Part shown: positions 39,933 through 54,415 of the stretch, piece after piece
How positions within the stretch are numbered: position 1 is the first letter of the stretch
Layout: every line of letters begins with the position of its first letter
From: the human T2T-CHM13v2.0 reference genome, Homo sapiens
Direction: 5' to 3' (one strand)
Length of the DNA stretch: 64,000 nucleotides
Assembly: GCF_009914755.1 (NCBI RefSeq)
Contig: NC_060940.1
Notes under the pieces: model-generated
Database searches by the model: none
Told to the model about the DNA's origin: nothing
The model's input: the letters and a program-made list of their open reading frames with translations, nothing else
Program-made: the position numbers and the translations under genes

Positions 39933-41810
39933 ACTACAAAGTCTGTTGGATCAACTCAGCAAACATTAGAAAACATCTCAAACATAGCAGGAAATGGCTC
40001 TTTTTCATCACCATCATCTTCCCACCTACCTTCTGAAAATGAAAAACAGCAGCAGATTCAGCCCAAGGCATACAACCCAGAGACCCTGACAACTATTCAA
40101 ACCCAGGACATCTCACAGCCTGGTACTTTTCCAGCAGTTTCTGCTTCTAGTCAGCTGCCCAACAGCGATGCACTATTGCAGCAGGCTACACAGTTTCAGA
40201 CAAGAGAAACTCAGTCTAGAGAGATATTACAGTCAGATGGTACAGTGGTTAATTTGTCACAACTGACTGAGGCATCACAACAACAGCAGCAGTCACCACT
40301 ACAAGAACAAGCACAGACTTTACAGCAGCAGATTTCATCAAATATTTTTCCATCACCAAATAGTGTGAGTCAGCTTCAGAATACTATTCAGCAGCTGCAA
40401 GCAGGGAGTTTCACAGGCAGTACTGCTAGTGGCAGCAGTGGAAGTGTTGACTTGGTCCAACAAGTTTTAGAGGCACAGCAGCAGTTATCTTCAGTTTTAT
40501 TTTCTGCTCCAGATGGTAATGAGAATGTTCAAGAGCAGCTTAGTGCAGATATTTTTCAACAAGTCAGTCAAATTCAGAGTGGTGTAAGCCCTGGAATGTT
40601 TTCCTCAACAGAGCCAACAGTCCATACCAGACCAGATAATTTATTACCTGGAAGAGCTGAAAGTGTTCATCCACAGTCTGAAAACACGTTATCTAATCAA
40701 CAGCAGCAGCAGCAGCAGCAACAGCAAGTGATGGAATCTTCAGCCGCAATGGTGATGGAGATGCAACAGAGTATCTGCCAGGCAGCTGCCCAGATTCAGT
40801 CAGAGTTATTCCCTTCAACTGCTTCAGCAAATGGAAACCTTCAGCAATCGCCAGTTTACCAGCAGACTTCTCACATGATGAGTGCATTGTCTACCAATGA
40901 GGATATGCAAATGCAGTGTGAATTGTTTTCTTCTCCTCCTGCAGTTTCTGGAAATGAAACTTCTACAACTACCACACAGCAGGTTGCAACCCCTGGCACT
41001 ACCATGTTTCAGACATCAAGTTCAGGAGATGGAGAAGAAACTGGAACACAAGCAAAACAGATTCAGAACAGTGTCTTTCAGACCATGGTCCAAATGCAAC
41101 ATAGTGGGGACAATCAACCTCAAGTTAACCTTTTTTCATCCACAAAAAGTATGATGAGTGTTCAGAATAGTGGTACCCAACAACAAGGTAATGGTTTATT
41201 CCAGCAAGGGAATGAGATGATGTCACTTCAATCTGGAAATTTTTTGCAGCAGTCTTCTCATTCACAGGCCCAACTTTTTCATCCTCAAAATCCTATTGCC
41301 GATGCTCAGAACCTTTCCCAGGAAACTCAAGGTTCTCTCTTTCATAGTCCAAATCCTATTGTCCACAGTCAGACTTCTACAACCTCCTCTGAACAAATGC
41401 AGCCTCCAATGTTTCACTCTCAAAGTACCATTGCTGTGTTACAGGGCTCTTCAGTTCCTCAAGACCAGCAGTCAACCAACATATTTCTTTCCCAGAGTCC
41501 CATGAATAATCTTCAGACTAACACAGTAGCCCAAGAAGCATTTTTTGCAGCACCGAACTCAATTTCTCCACTTCAGTCAACATCAAACAGTGAACAACAA
41601 GCTGCTTTCCAACAGCAAGCTCCAATATCACACATCCAGACTCCTATGCTTTCCCAAGAACAGGCACAACCCCCGCAGCAGGGTTTATTTCAGCCTCAGG
41701 TGGCCCTGGGCTCCCTTCCACCTAATCCAATGCCTCAAAGCCAACAAGGAACCATGTTCCAGTCACAGCACTCAATAGTTGCCATGCAGAGTAACTCTCC
41801 ATCCCAGGAA

Positions 41811-41841
<31 letters not shown>

Positions 41842-42423
41842 AGCAGCAGCAACAACAACAGAGCATTTTATTCAGTAATCAGAATACCATGGCTACAATG
41901 GCGTCTCCAAAGCAACCACCACCAAACATGATATTCAACCCAAATCAAAATCCAATGGCTAATCAGGAGCAACAGAACCAGTCAATTTTTCACCAACAAA
42001 GTAACATGGCCCCAATGAATCAAGAGCAACAGCCCATGCAATTTCAGAGTCAGTCCACAGTTTCCTCACTTCAGAACCCAGGTCCTACCCAGTCGGAATC
42101 ATCACAGACCCCCTTGTTCCATAGCTCTCCTCAGATTCAGTTGGTACAAGGGTCACCTAGTTCTCAAGAGCAGCAAGTAACTCTCTTCTTATCTCCAGCA
42201 TCCATGTCTGCCTTGCAGACCAGTATAAATCAACAAGATATGCAACAGTCTCCTCTTTATTCCCCTCAGAACAACATGCCTGGAATTCAAGGAGCCACAT
42301 CTTCGCCTCAACCACAGGCTACTTTATTTCACAACACAGCAGGAGGCACAATGAACCAACTGCAGAATTCTCCTGGCTCATCTCAGCAGACATCAGGAAT
42401 GTTCTTATTTGGCATTCAAAATA
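39933..42423 (+). CDS. NFAT5: NFAT5 large coding exon (exon 13), Q/S/P-rich transactivation / low-complexity domain
   Basis: ttttAG|actacaaag ... caaaata|GTaaga; 2491 nt open frame that includes the 753-aa ORF 40176..42437 and two polyQ tracts. Confidence 0.97.
40698..40727 (+). repeat. polyQ tract 1 (Q10): CAA(CAG)6 CAA CAG CAA
   Basis: Read directly in exon 13. Confidence 0.95.
41811..41861 (+). repeat. polyQ tract 2 (Q17): (CAG)5 CAA (CAG)3 CAA (CAG)3 (CAA)3 CAG
   Basis: Read directly in exon 13. Confidence 0.95.
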
Positions 42424-42479
42424 GTAAGAAACTCTAATTTTTCATTACTTAATTGGTCATTATTATTATTAGAAGGAAG

Positions 42480-42920
42480 CAGAGTGCAGTGGTGCGATCT
42501 CAGCTCACTGCACCTGCACCCTCTGCCTCCCAGGTTCAGGTGATTCTCCTGCCTCAGCCTCCCAAGCAGCTGGGATTACAGGTGTGCACAACCACGCCCA
42601 GCTAATTTTTGTATTTTTGTTAGAGGCGGGGTTTCACCATGTTGGCCAGGCTGGTGTTGAATTTTTGACCTCAAGTGATCCGCTGGCCTCGGCCTCCCAA
42701 AGTGCTGGGATTACAGGCGTGAGCCACCACACCTGTCCTGTATAGTTGTTTTAAGAGTACAGATTGTAGTTAGAACTCTATCACCTATAGACTATAAGAT
42801 CTTGTACAAGTTATTTGGCTTTTATGGGTCTCAATTCTCTCATTTAAAATGGTGATAATATTACATACTTTACATGGATTTGGGGAGGATTAAATATGGC
42901 AATGTATAAAAATGTGTGTT
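42480..42920. mobile_element. Truncated Alu (minus, ~42480-42738) followed by a MIR fragment
   Basis: Reverse Alu; MIR core caagttattt...tctcaattctctcatttaaaatggtgataata. Confidence 0.7.
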
Positions 42921-43250
42921 TGCCATTTTAAGCTATAAACTTAAAAGGAAAATGAAGTCAGAATGACAGATAATACCTTACCCAGTTGAAGTAAGTAGTT
43001 TCTAAGGAGGTAGAAACTCATCTTTAATGTTTATATACCAAGGAATTTATATAGGACTTTTGATATTTAAGCAAAGTTGTATTTTTAGACTGCTTAAAGG
43101 AAACCTAAGATGAATTCCAGTGCCAGTCTGTGAAAACCTTTTTCTTGGACTATCAGGTGCCTAACTTTTAGTAATATACAAGGAGAATGCAGTAATGAAT
43201 TTTCCCCAACAACTAATAAATATCTTTTCATGAATCTTTACTAATCAGAT

Positions 43251-43336
43251 AGCTTCTATTTTTAATGTTTCTGCAGACTGTAGTCAGCTTTTAAGCTTCT
43301 GTTTTCAATGTCTCTGCAGACTGTAGTCAGCTTTTA
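43251..43336 (+). repeat. 43-bp tandem duplication spanning the NFAT5 exon 14 acceptor
   Basis: agcttctatttttaatgtttctgcagactgtagtcagctttta / agcttctgttttcaatgtctctgcagactgtagtcagctttta (3 mismatches). Confidence 0.95.
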
Positions 43337-43555
43337 ACCTCTGGACCAGCTACATTGCCTGATCAGTTGATGGCCATAAGTCAGCCAGGCCAACCACAAA
43401 ACGAGGGCCAGCCACCTGTGACAACACTTCTTTCTCAGCAAATGCCAGAGAATTCTCCACTGGCATCCTCTATAAACACCAACCAGAACATCGAAAAGAT
43501 TGATTTGCTTGTTTCATTGCAAAACCAAGGGAACAACTTGACTGGCTCCTTTTAA
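43320..43555 (+). CDS. NFAT5: NFAT5 last coding exon (exon 14; the exon continues to 43563)
   Basis: tctgcAG|actgtagt; [18 protein letters not shown]...[10 protein letters not shown] (TAA 43553-43555); donor tat|GTaagt at 43563/43564. Confidence 0.95.
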
Positions 43556-43736
43556 CTGGATATGTAAGTATTGCATTTTGGCTTCTTATTGAAAAGCATC
43601 AGATTTTATTCTTCTTAACAGATTTAGGTTAAGTAATAGTAGTTCTAATCTTTTAAAATGTGGCTTTCTCACAAGATGATACTTTTTTACTCTGAATAAA
43701 ATTATTCTGAATGATAGCTTATGGTCATATAGTTAA

Positions 43737-44260
43737 TACAGACCAGGCCGGGCGTGGTGGCTCATGCCTGTAATCCCAGCACTTTGAGAGACCAAGGTGG
43801 GCGGATCACGAGGTCAGGCGATCGAGACCATCCTGGCTAACATGGTGAAACCCCGTCTCTACTAAAAAATACAAAAAAAAAAAAAAATACAGACCAAACA
43901 TCCCTAGTCCAAAAATCCAAAATCCAAAATGCTCTGAAATCCGAATCTTTTTGAGTGCTGACATGACATCTCAAGTGGAAAATTCCACACCTAACCTCAT
44001 ATGATAGGGTCATAGTCAAAAGTCAGGCTCACAACATGCAGTTTATTTGGTGTCCCCAAGGGTAAAAAAGATCCTTCCAGCTCCCTTCAGCTGTGATAGA
44101 TTTTTTTAGGTGTATGTGAAACAGAAGTGAATTTCATGTTTGGACTTGTGTCTTATCCCCAAGATATCTCATTGTGTATATGTGCATATTCCAAAATCCA
44201 AAAAAGAAATCAGAAACACTTCTGATCCCAAACATTTTAGATAAGGGATACTCAACCTAT
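43737..44260. mobile_element. Tigger4/MER46-type relic with an inserted Alu left monomer (43745-43888)
   Basis: aaaatccaaaatccaaaatgctctgaaatcc ... ataagggatactcaacct. Confidence 0.65.
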
Positions 44261-47200
44261 ATTGGACATTCCTTCTGCCTCTGAGCTTCTTTGCCTTGGA
44301 ATAACAAAACATCTGATGAGTATGCAAAATGTGTTTCCTTTGTACTATATATTGGATATAACCATGCCTCACTTATCCCTTCCTCCAGAAATAAATATTG
44401 AGTCAGAAAAGTCTGTGGAAGATCAAATATGATAAAGTTTTACTTACAGTACCATAATATACTTTAGGATCATTCAGGGTGTCAGAAACTTTATAAATGC
44501 TTCCCTCCCTAGTAAGTTAAATTAAACTTTTTCTCTTTTTTAGAAATTCCACGAAGAAAATCCTGATTCCAAGATGTCCTGAGATCTTGTGGTTCCATGA
44601 GAATTATTACTTTAAAAACAAAACAAAATATAAAAAACTGTGTTTGAGTAAACTGATAGATTTTACTCTGACTGCAAAAGAGCACACCTATGCTGCTTGT
44701 TGCAGTAACTAACCACCAATGTTAACATCTTCATATTTTATATTCCTAATAACAGTGATGACTGAGAATCTATTTGAGTTTCCAGCTGGCAGAATTAATT
44801 GTTATTATTTTCCTAGGCGCAATTTCCTTAAACGTACAGTTTAAATTCAAGGCTGGACCACTCAGTTATTATTGCTATTAGAAAATAATATATCATGTTT
44901 ACTTTTGTTCTTCATTATTTTCTTTCCTGCATTGTTTTAGTCAAGTAATGGCTTTTGAAAAAGTAAAGTTCAATAATAACTAAGGCTGTGATTTTTTTCA
45001 ATATAAAAGGCACAGCTGTTGGCCAAAGTGAAGGAATCTTTTTTCAGTTTTATTGGAGAAACTGAAGGGTAACATTCTAACAAGTAAACTGTATGTGCAG
45101 ATAAAAGTACTCTTGATTTAACACAAAGGCAGATGATACACTTATAAAACTGGGAACAGCTGGAATGCTTCTTGATTTTATTTTTTCAGAGAGTTGTTAG
45201 TTCTCTGGGTTTCTACTAAGGGGTTTAGCCATAACTGTGCATAGAAAAATAATTATCTGTAAAAAATGAAGGGGATAATATATGATAAATTATGTTCTGA
45301 TATCCTCCTACAGTAGTTTAAATTGACAGAAAAATTTGAATGTTTTCTTCTTAACCCAGTCTTAGGCTGGTATTCCCTTTTTATATATATCTATATTACT
45401 TTTCACCTCTTTTTCACTTTACTTTAGAGAACTATTAATATACTACTGGCTTCATGACCCTGTAGCATCTTTGGCCACTTTAATCTAGGGTGACCTAGCA
45501 ATCCTGCAGCACAGGGCAGAGAGTACTGTCTTAGGAATTATTAGGAGTTGATTCCTGAGAAACAACACATTTTTCCCCATGAACGGTGCTGTTCTGAAGT
45601 CTTCAAATTTTTCCCTCTAATAGGAAACAGTATAAATTTTAATTAAAAAAAAAAGGCAAACTAAAATTTCTTGAAATATCACTTCTCCCTGATCTGCAGT
45701 GAGTATAAATTCACTTGTCACCTCAGTGCTTTACAGTTTGAAGTGGTCACTTACCTGATGGTTCCCACAAGCCTTAGGCTTTACAGGGTTGTATCATTGA
45801 CTTAAAATGAAGAATTAACTTGTGTTACATCTATAAAGAGCAAAATAACACACTCCAGAACTTGGCAGTTGTAGCATTAGTTATACAGTTTTGGGTGTTC
45901 TTGCCACCCGTGGGATGCCTGCTTCTCACTACCACCTGTGTCTGGACACATGCTTATGTCTCATTTTCCTTTTGGCATGTGGAAAGCTGTCAATGCAGTG
46001 TAAGGCCAACGTGTGTGTGGCTTCTATGTGTTGAGATAATGTTTTGGTATCCTTGTCCGTTTCATTTATTTTTTAAGTGTACAAAAAATAACCTGTTAAT
46101 TGTTGAAGGCTACTTTTCTGTTCTTTTTTTTTTTTTTTTTCTATCCTGTACATTTAGTTGAACTGTGCGGAATTGTGGTGTTGGTTTTGTTTACACAGCC
46201 AGATTTTTCCTTCTTTTTGTTTTGTGATGATCTTCCTTTGTTCTTTGAATGTGCTCTTTTGTCTTTTTCTCTTTTTTCTCATGTTTTCTTCCCTCCACCT
46301 CCACCCCTTTCTTTCTTTCTCTCTCTGATTGAGAGGCATTGAATTACGTTTTCAGTAGTACAGGCTTCTTGCCGATATGAAGGGAACTTTTCAGAAAGAG
46401 ACCTACTCTGGGTCATTTAATTTTGAATACAGTTTTCAATCGTTCAAGTTTTGGATGGTTTATATCTAATGTGTGTTTCATTTTTTTGGAAAGCTATATT
46501 TTGTATTTAGGAAATGGTATACTATTTTGCTATTTGTACTGAGTGAGTACATTGGCATAAATATAGAAATTTATATATATACATATATATAAACTATTCT
46601 TTTTTGCCACACATTTTTGTGGTAAATTTGTGAGTTTGTCTGATGTTCTACCACAACGTGGCGTCTGATAACAGTGAGGGGGGGTGGGGTTTGTTATGTC
46701 TTTATTGAGTATTTAAGTATCTTTTGAAACAAATGACCTGTTCATCTGTGGCCATTCCATCAGGCAGTTAGTTCCTTGATGTCAGTAGTGGGCTAAAGGC
46801 AGCTTACTGTGTGTTTGCTGGAGCTTTCACTCAGCCAAGTGTTAGAGTCAGGAAACCCATTGAGGCAATGGCGTCAAATGGTGTTTCACAAGAATGAGCC
46901 ATTCAGTCTTTGCTCACTATATATTTAATATTTTATTATTGTTGTTATTGTTATTATTAATTGGCTTTCTGTATTCTATGCCTTTTATTTATAAAGACAC
47001 TAAGAAAACCCATGTTTGTAATTTTAATAACATTTTTCCCATCTTGTAATATCCAGAGCTACTTTATAAATTCTCTGAACCAAAAGTATTTTCCTCAGTG
47101 TATCTCTTCTCCCCCAGCCCCTATTGGGAAAAATTACCCAGTATAGTTCAGGTTATGAGGAGGATCAGCCACACAATCCAGTGCTTCAGTTTGAAAATGT

Positions 47201-47992
47201 AAAATTCTAACCCTAAAGTAGGGTTGGTTGAAATTTCAGACAAAGCAAACCCAGCAGGTATAAAAAGTAGTATAAATACAAATCTGTAAGTTATTTTTGA
47301 ATTTTCTGAACTTTTTTCTAAGAGATTACATAGGAGACTAAAGAAATCTATCTGTTCAAGTTCTAATTAGGATGATTGTTAATACTGCACTGTGGATGAA
47401 GTGGCGACTGGCTTGTGTGCTGACTTCTGTGGTTTAGCAAGAGGTTTATTGTTATCAAATGCTAATTGGCAATGCCAAGTCACTGGGACCAATTTTCTGT
47501 TTTATAATATCTAAGTTTAGAACAGAATATATACCTGAACTGTAGTGGTTTGATCGGATGGAGACAGAAAACCCGATTTTTATTCTCATAAATTTTGTGG
47601 TTATTTATACAAGGGCTGTGCTATGCTACCATATTCTTGTTCAATAATAATAGGTTTGTTGTTTTTTTTACATTGTTAAATGTTCCTTACCCCTAAAGGT
47701 CAATGTTAAGTACAACATTCTGAAAATACAATTTGGCTACGAAGAGTATTCATCTTCTTTGAAGCTCAGTGGTTGATATTTGTGCTAATAATGCAATTTC
47801 CTGATTACTGTTACAAGTTATAGCTACATATGGGAGAGACTCAGTGAGCCAGCAAAGGCCATAGAAACAACAATTTATTAAATGTATTTATGGCAGAAGG
47901 ACCTAAATAAACTGTGAGCCACCTTTTCTTCTTTATATTGTTACATTTAAGTGTTCTTGCTTTCAGCAACTCACATTAATGCTTGGAGCTTA

Positions 47993-47998
47993 TCTCTT

Positions 47999-48035
<37 letters not shown>

Positions 48036-48059
48036 ATGTGTGTGTGTGTGTGTGTGTGT
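47993..48059 (+). repeat. Compound (TC)n(TG)n microsatellite in the NFAT5 3' UTR
   Basis: Read directly. Confidence 0.95.
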
Positions 48060-48263
48060 TTCCTTATTGTCATTCCATTATATATCCACACCAACATGGG
48101 TGACGATAATTCAAAGTCATATTTTGCCTCTAAGCTTGATCATGTTACCTTTATGATTAAAGTATCATGTTATTTAGCCAATGCAAATCTGTTTTAAAAC
48201 AAATAGTTTAAAAAAAGAACAAGTTTTTAAGGGCTTTATTATAGAAGAAGTATTAATGAAGGA

Positions 48264-48415
48264 CTTTCCTTCCTCCCTCCCTTTCCTCCCCTCCCTGCCT
48301 CCCTTCTTCCCTTCCATCTCCCCCTCCTCCCTGCCTTCTTTGTTTCTCCTTCCCTTATTCCTCCCTCCCTCCTTTCTCCCTTCCTTCCTTTCTTCCATTC
48401 ATCCTTCCTTGCCTT
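48264..48415 (+). repeat. Polypyrimidine (CCTT/CCCT-like) low-complexity tract
   Basis: ~150 nt of almost pure C/T. Confidence 0.9.
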
Positions 48416-49078
48416 TTATTTTTATTTTTTGTAATATCACATGTGCTGTAGTTTGGAATTTTATTCTAGTGCATTTCTTGCTCATCAGAACCTCAGCTAA
48501 TCTACCTAGGAAAAATAGTATCAAAGGAAATGAGAAAGTTGTATCTGAGTCCCTCCAGAACTAAGATAATTCTTTTTGACCATTTAAGCCTTTATAAATG
48601 CGTTTTGACCATTTAAGCCTTTATAAATGCTTGTTTTAGGAAAGTGAATCTGTTAGATGCATCAACAAATAATGACCAGGACAAAACGATTTAATAATTA
48701 AAGTCTCAAATCACCATGGTTATACATTTTCACCAGAAATAGTAATCTTACAATTTTTCATTTTTCTGATGAAGATTTCTGTTCCAATATCTGTTTCCTA
48801 ATAGATTTTTTAAATTAATTAGCTTTCCTCTGCTTTATGACCACAGGTTTTATCCCTAACCGAGACAGCTGTCTTATATCTGCATGCCTTAGACTGTGTG
48901 GAGGGACTCCATGAAGAAAGACCATAGGTTAGAAAAATAACTCATAGTATATACCCTAGTAAGTGGGTTAGTAGAATCTCATAACATGTATTAAAAAGAG
49001 GTTTTCTTCTCTGCTTGTTTGTGTCACTAGAGCAAAATTGTAGAGATAATGCTCATAATGCAGTAAATATCAGAATAA

Positions 49079-49433
<355 letters not shown>

Positions 49434-50707
49434 TAATTACTTCTTTAATCCCCATTTATTTTTATGCCATTCTAGCCTCATTTATTAATAAAATTATGTT
49501 TTTACTTTCTCTTTCAGGAAATTTTTTAAATTAATATTTTATATCTAGATCTAATGCTATGGAAAAGTGCCTTTTTATCATTTATAATTTCATTTTTCAC
49601 TATTTCCAAAAACACATAAACAAATAGTTTCAGTAGGTCCCAGCTTTTACTTTTTCCATTTAAACCTTCTTTTCTCCATTTCTTCCCTTTGGCTTAAGAA
49701 TAAAAGAAAAGGTACATTGCTAGAATTGTTTCTTTGGGAGAGGGTAAAAGATTACAGAATTAGACTGTTCAGCCTTTATATAAACTAAATTTGTCTTCAT
49801 CTCAACCAGCTAATGGTAGGTCTTATCTGAATACTCATGAGAATTTTAGCATCTGTGAAACTCCATGCACCAGATGTGTGTAAATTTCAGGAAGAAAGTG
49901 TTGAAAGCATTTTCTCTGATGTTAATTAGATGGAAATAAATCACTAAAACATAGTTTAGGTAAAGCCTGATTATGCCACTTTTTTTTAACTAGACAGGGC
50001 AAAGTTGTTTATGTTAGTGTACTTCTTGTCTATCCTCAGTTAATTTACCTAGACAAAAAGTGTCAAAGGAAATGAGAAAAAGGTTATATCTGACTCCCTC
50101 CAGACCTAAGATAATTCCTTTTGATCAGATACAGTCAGATGGAGTGCCTTGGTTTTTGTTAATTTTGCCTCTATTCCAGCTCCTTACCACAGCGGTGGTG
50201 CTTAAAGAAAGGATCATCAGCAACAGGTCAGGATAGTTCTACCTTTGGGATAGGGCTGCTTTCCCCGTGCTAGTATTTCTGTGACTGTTAGTGGCACTGA
50301 GGACTGCAAACTTTTATGCAATATTCTTAATACCCTATTGATATTATGCACTTTAATCATTCCAAAGAAGCCAAGAATGCTGTATAGTGATGATTCCTTC
50401 CTAATGAATTCATCTTAACTATTTAGAATGTTATGTCCCTTTTCTTTTGGATAGCCAACTTGGTATAAATGTTATATGGATTTTTCTAAAATGACTATAT
50501 AGGACTTAAGACTTTGAAATGTAATTTACTTATAAGGGGAAATAATTATGCTTTAGCACATCATTTTAGAAACGTCACATTTTAGAAACATTCAGCTTGC
50601 TAACCTACATGTTTGGGAATTCATTAAAACCAGTTGTCTATATATTTTGTGCCATGTATATAAGAACATTACAATATATCTTTTTCTACATATGTAGTAT
50701 GTGCAAC

Positions 50708-50900
50708 CAGTGGTTCTCAGAGTATGGTTCTCAGCCCACCAGCTAGTATCAGTATCACCTGGGAACTAGTTAGAAATGTAAATTCTTTGGCCCCATCCCA
50801 GACATACTGAGTCAGAAACTCTGGAATAGGGCCCCCGCAATCTGTTTTCACAAGCCCTCCAGGTGATTCTGATGCACACTTTAAAGTTTAGGAACCACTG
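50708..50900. mobile_element. MER5-type (hAT-Charlie) MITE in the NFAT5 3' UTR
   Basis: Terminal inverted repeats cagtggttct ... ggaaccactg; internal atcacctgggaactagttagaaatg, aagccctccaggtgattctgatgcac. Confidence 0.8.
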
Positions 50901-52816
50901 GGCTAAGACTCTGTTGAGATATAGAGTTTTTCTTCCACTCAGACTGATATAGTTATACATTGTTCTTCATGTAAATTCAGCTTAACCTGGTTATCTATAA
51001 TCTTTTATTGGCAAAAGTTAATTCTCAGTACTGCCTATAGAGATACAGTGTATTTTATGTACATACACAATTAGTCTAATTCTTGATAATTCAGTTAATT
51101 TAGTTTGGCATTTTCCTACCACTTACTAAAAGGTTTACATTAAATGACTGATTTAAATATATAGGTGCAATGTTCTATGTTTATTTTAATTGTTATGACA
51201 TTTAAGTAGCTAATATAATTGACCGGTGCTAAAGTCTCCTGTTTATCCATAAAATGGGTACATTATGGGCAGTGTAATACAAGCTTTCTTTTCATTGCCT
51301 AGTACTTTACCAGCAGACCACAGTTTTGCCCTGGCTAGACCAACCCTCAGAACAAAATCATCATTCCTTGTATTTATATTTGTATCTGAGATAGTAAACA
51401 AGATGGCTGGCCAGGTCAACATGGCACCTTAACTTATTTTTTTAATAGGTAAAACTTCTTCAAAAGTAGCTTGCTTTGTATAAGAACTAAGCTATCAGTA
51501 TAGATATAGCTATCCTTGGAGCTTATGTTTCAGACAAGAATTATTTACTAAAATAAATAATAAACAAGATAATGCATTATACAATTTGGGCATTTCTCGT
51601 TTCTCAAGTGTATGCATCATGGTAAATATAAACTAACCACAAGATAGGTAGATTGATTCATTTCATTTTAATCTCCTTGTGTAATTCAGTACCTCCATAA
51701 TTGTTCTAATCTTCTTCCCACTGTTTACAAATTACCAGTTAATTAACTCGTGAAAGAAAAATTCACATATCAGAATAAAAATAAATGTATACTCACTTTA
51801 TAAAAATCACCACTGCTGTCTTTCCTTAATACTAGCAGTGGAAATGTAAGTGGCTTACTCTACAAATTTTGGTGCTGGCAAATACATAGGCAAACTGTTG
51901 GGAGCTGCTCTAGTTACATTCCTCCCTTCTTATTCCCTTTTTCTCTTCCTCACTTTATTGCATAACATATTCCTGTACCCAAAGCATTCTACCACAGTTC
52001 TATTTGACTCCCACTTGTAATAACTCCTTTAAAAAATTCCATGTTTAACCATATGACCCTGCTTGCTTACTCATATTCTCCCTCCCTCTCCCCTTCCTTT
52101 CTCTCTCTTCCAGAAGTCATTTGCCTGGTTTGAAATATTTTGTAGGGATTGCTTATTATATTATTTTAGCTGATGAACCTCAGGACAACGTCTACACACA
52201 CACACATACATACACGCACACAAAATCTCAGCTGTTGAAGAGTGGGCTTGGAATCAGACTTCTGTGTCCAGTAAAAAACTCCTGCACTGAAGTCATTGTG
52301 ACTTGAGTAGTTACAGACTGATTCCAGTGAACTTGATCTAATTTCTTTTGATCTAATGAATGTGTCTGCTTACCTTGTTTCCTTTTAATTGATAAGCTCC
52401 AAGTAGTTGCTAATTTTTTGACAACTTTAAATGAGTTTCATTCACTTCTTTTACTTAATGTTTTAAGTATAGTACCAATAATTTCATTAACCTGTTCTCA
52501 AGTGGTTTAGCTACCATTCTGCCATTTTTAATTTTTATTTAATTTTATTTGCTTGAGCACACTGATCAACCACTGAACTGCCTTCTTCCATTGTCCTGCA
52601 ATGATATAAGGGTTACATTTTTGTGTATATGGCTTTCATAGTTGGGATTTCAGAGCACTGATACCAGATATTTTCAGTTTGTTCTCTGGGGGAATTTCAT
52701 TTGCATCTATGTTTTTAGCTATCTGTGATAACTTGTTAAATATTAAAAAGATATTTTGCTTCTATTGGAACATTTGTATACTCGCAACTATATTTCTGTA
52801 AACAGCTGCAGTCAAA

Positions 52817-52822
52817 AATAAA
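52817..52822 (+). terminator. NFAT5 distal polyadenylation signal
   Basis: AATAAA followed ~35 nt later by tgtctttttttt / tttgtg downstream element. Confidence 0.75.
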
Positions 52823-53304
52823 ACACTGAAAGTTTTCATTTTGCAGTGGATAGCTGTCTTTTTTTTCCTCAAACTTTGTGAATGGAATTGTGTGCATGAA
52901 CGACAGTTTTGAGCAGCATGAGTATATGGCTGAAATTATAAAATCATTAGGGAGGAGGTGTGAAATATAGACATATTTCTGAGTAGTTATTTTGTGCCTA
53001 CCATTTTGCCAGGTAGAGTATAAGTGACTCAGTGTGACAGAATTTTTGTTTTACGTATAATTTAAATGTTTCATGTTTAGTAAAGCAATACATATACACG
53101 GAGGTGCTTTTGATGAAAACCAAGTCTCCCCATCCCTTAGTCCCATGCCCAGAGACAATCTCTGTTTATTCTTTTGGTGTTATTTCTACATCTCTAAATT
53201 AGCGCATATCAGAGTGTGGTACACAACTACCCGTGGTACGTGGATAAACACTATTTTTAAACTTACATGTATAAGTGTTTTGATGCGTAATAGAAAAAAA
53301 TATA

Positions 53305-54415
<1,111 letters not shown>

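Noticed and set aside
40693-41778. Alternative-frame and antisense ORFs overlapping exon 13
   Set aside because: Short shadow ORFs expected from a long, codon-biased exon.
48174-48564. ORFs over the pyrimidine tract (127 aa + and 74 aa -)
   Set aside because: Stop-free only because of low-complexity sequence in the UTR.
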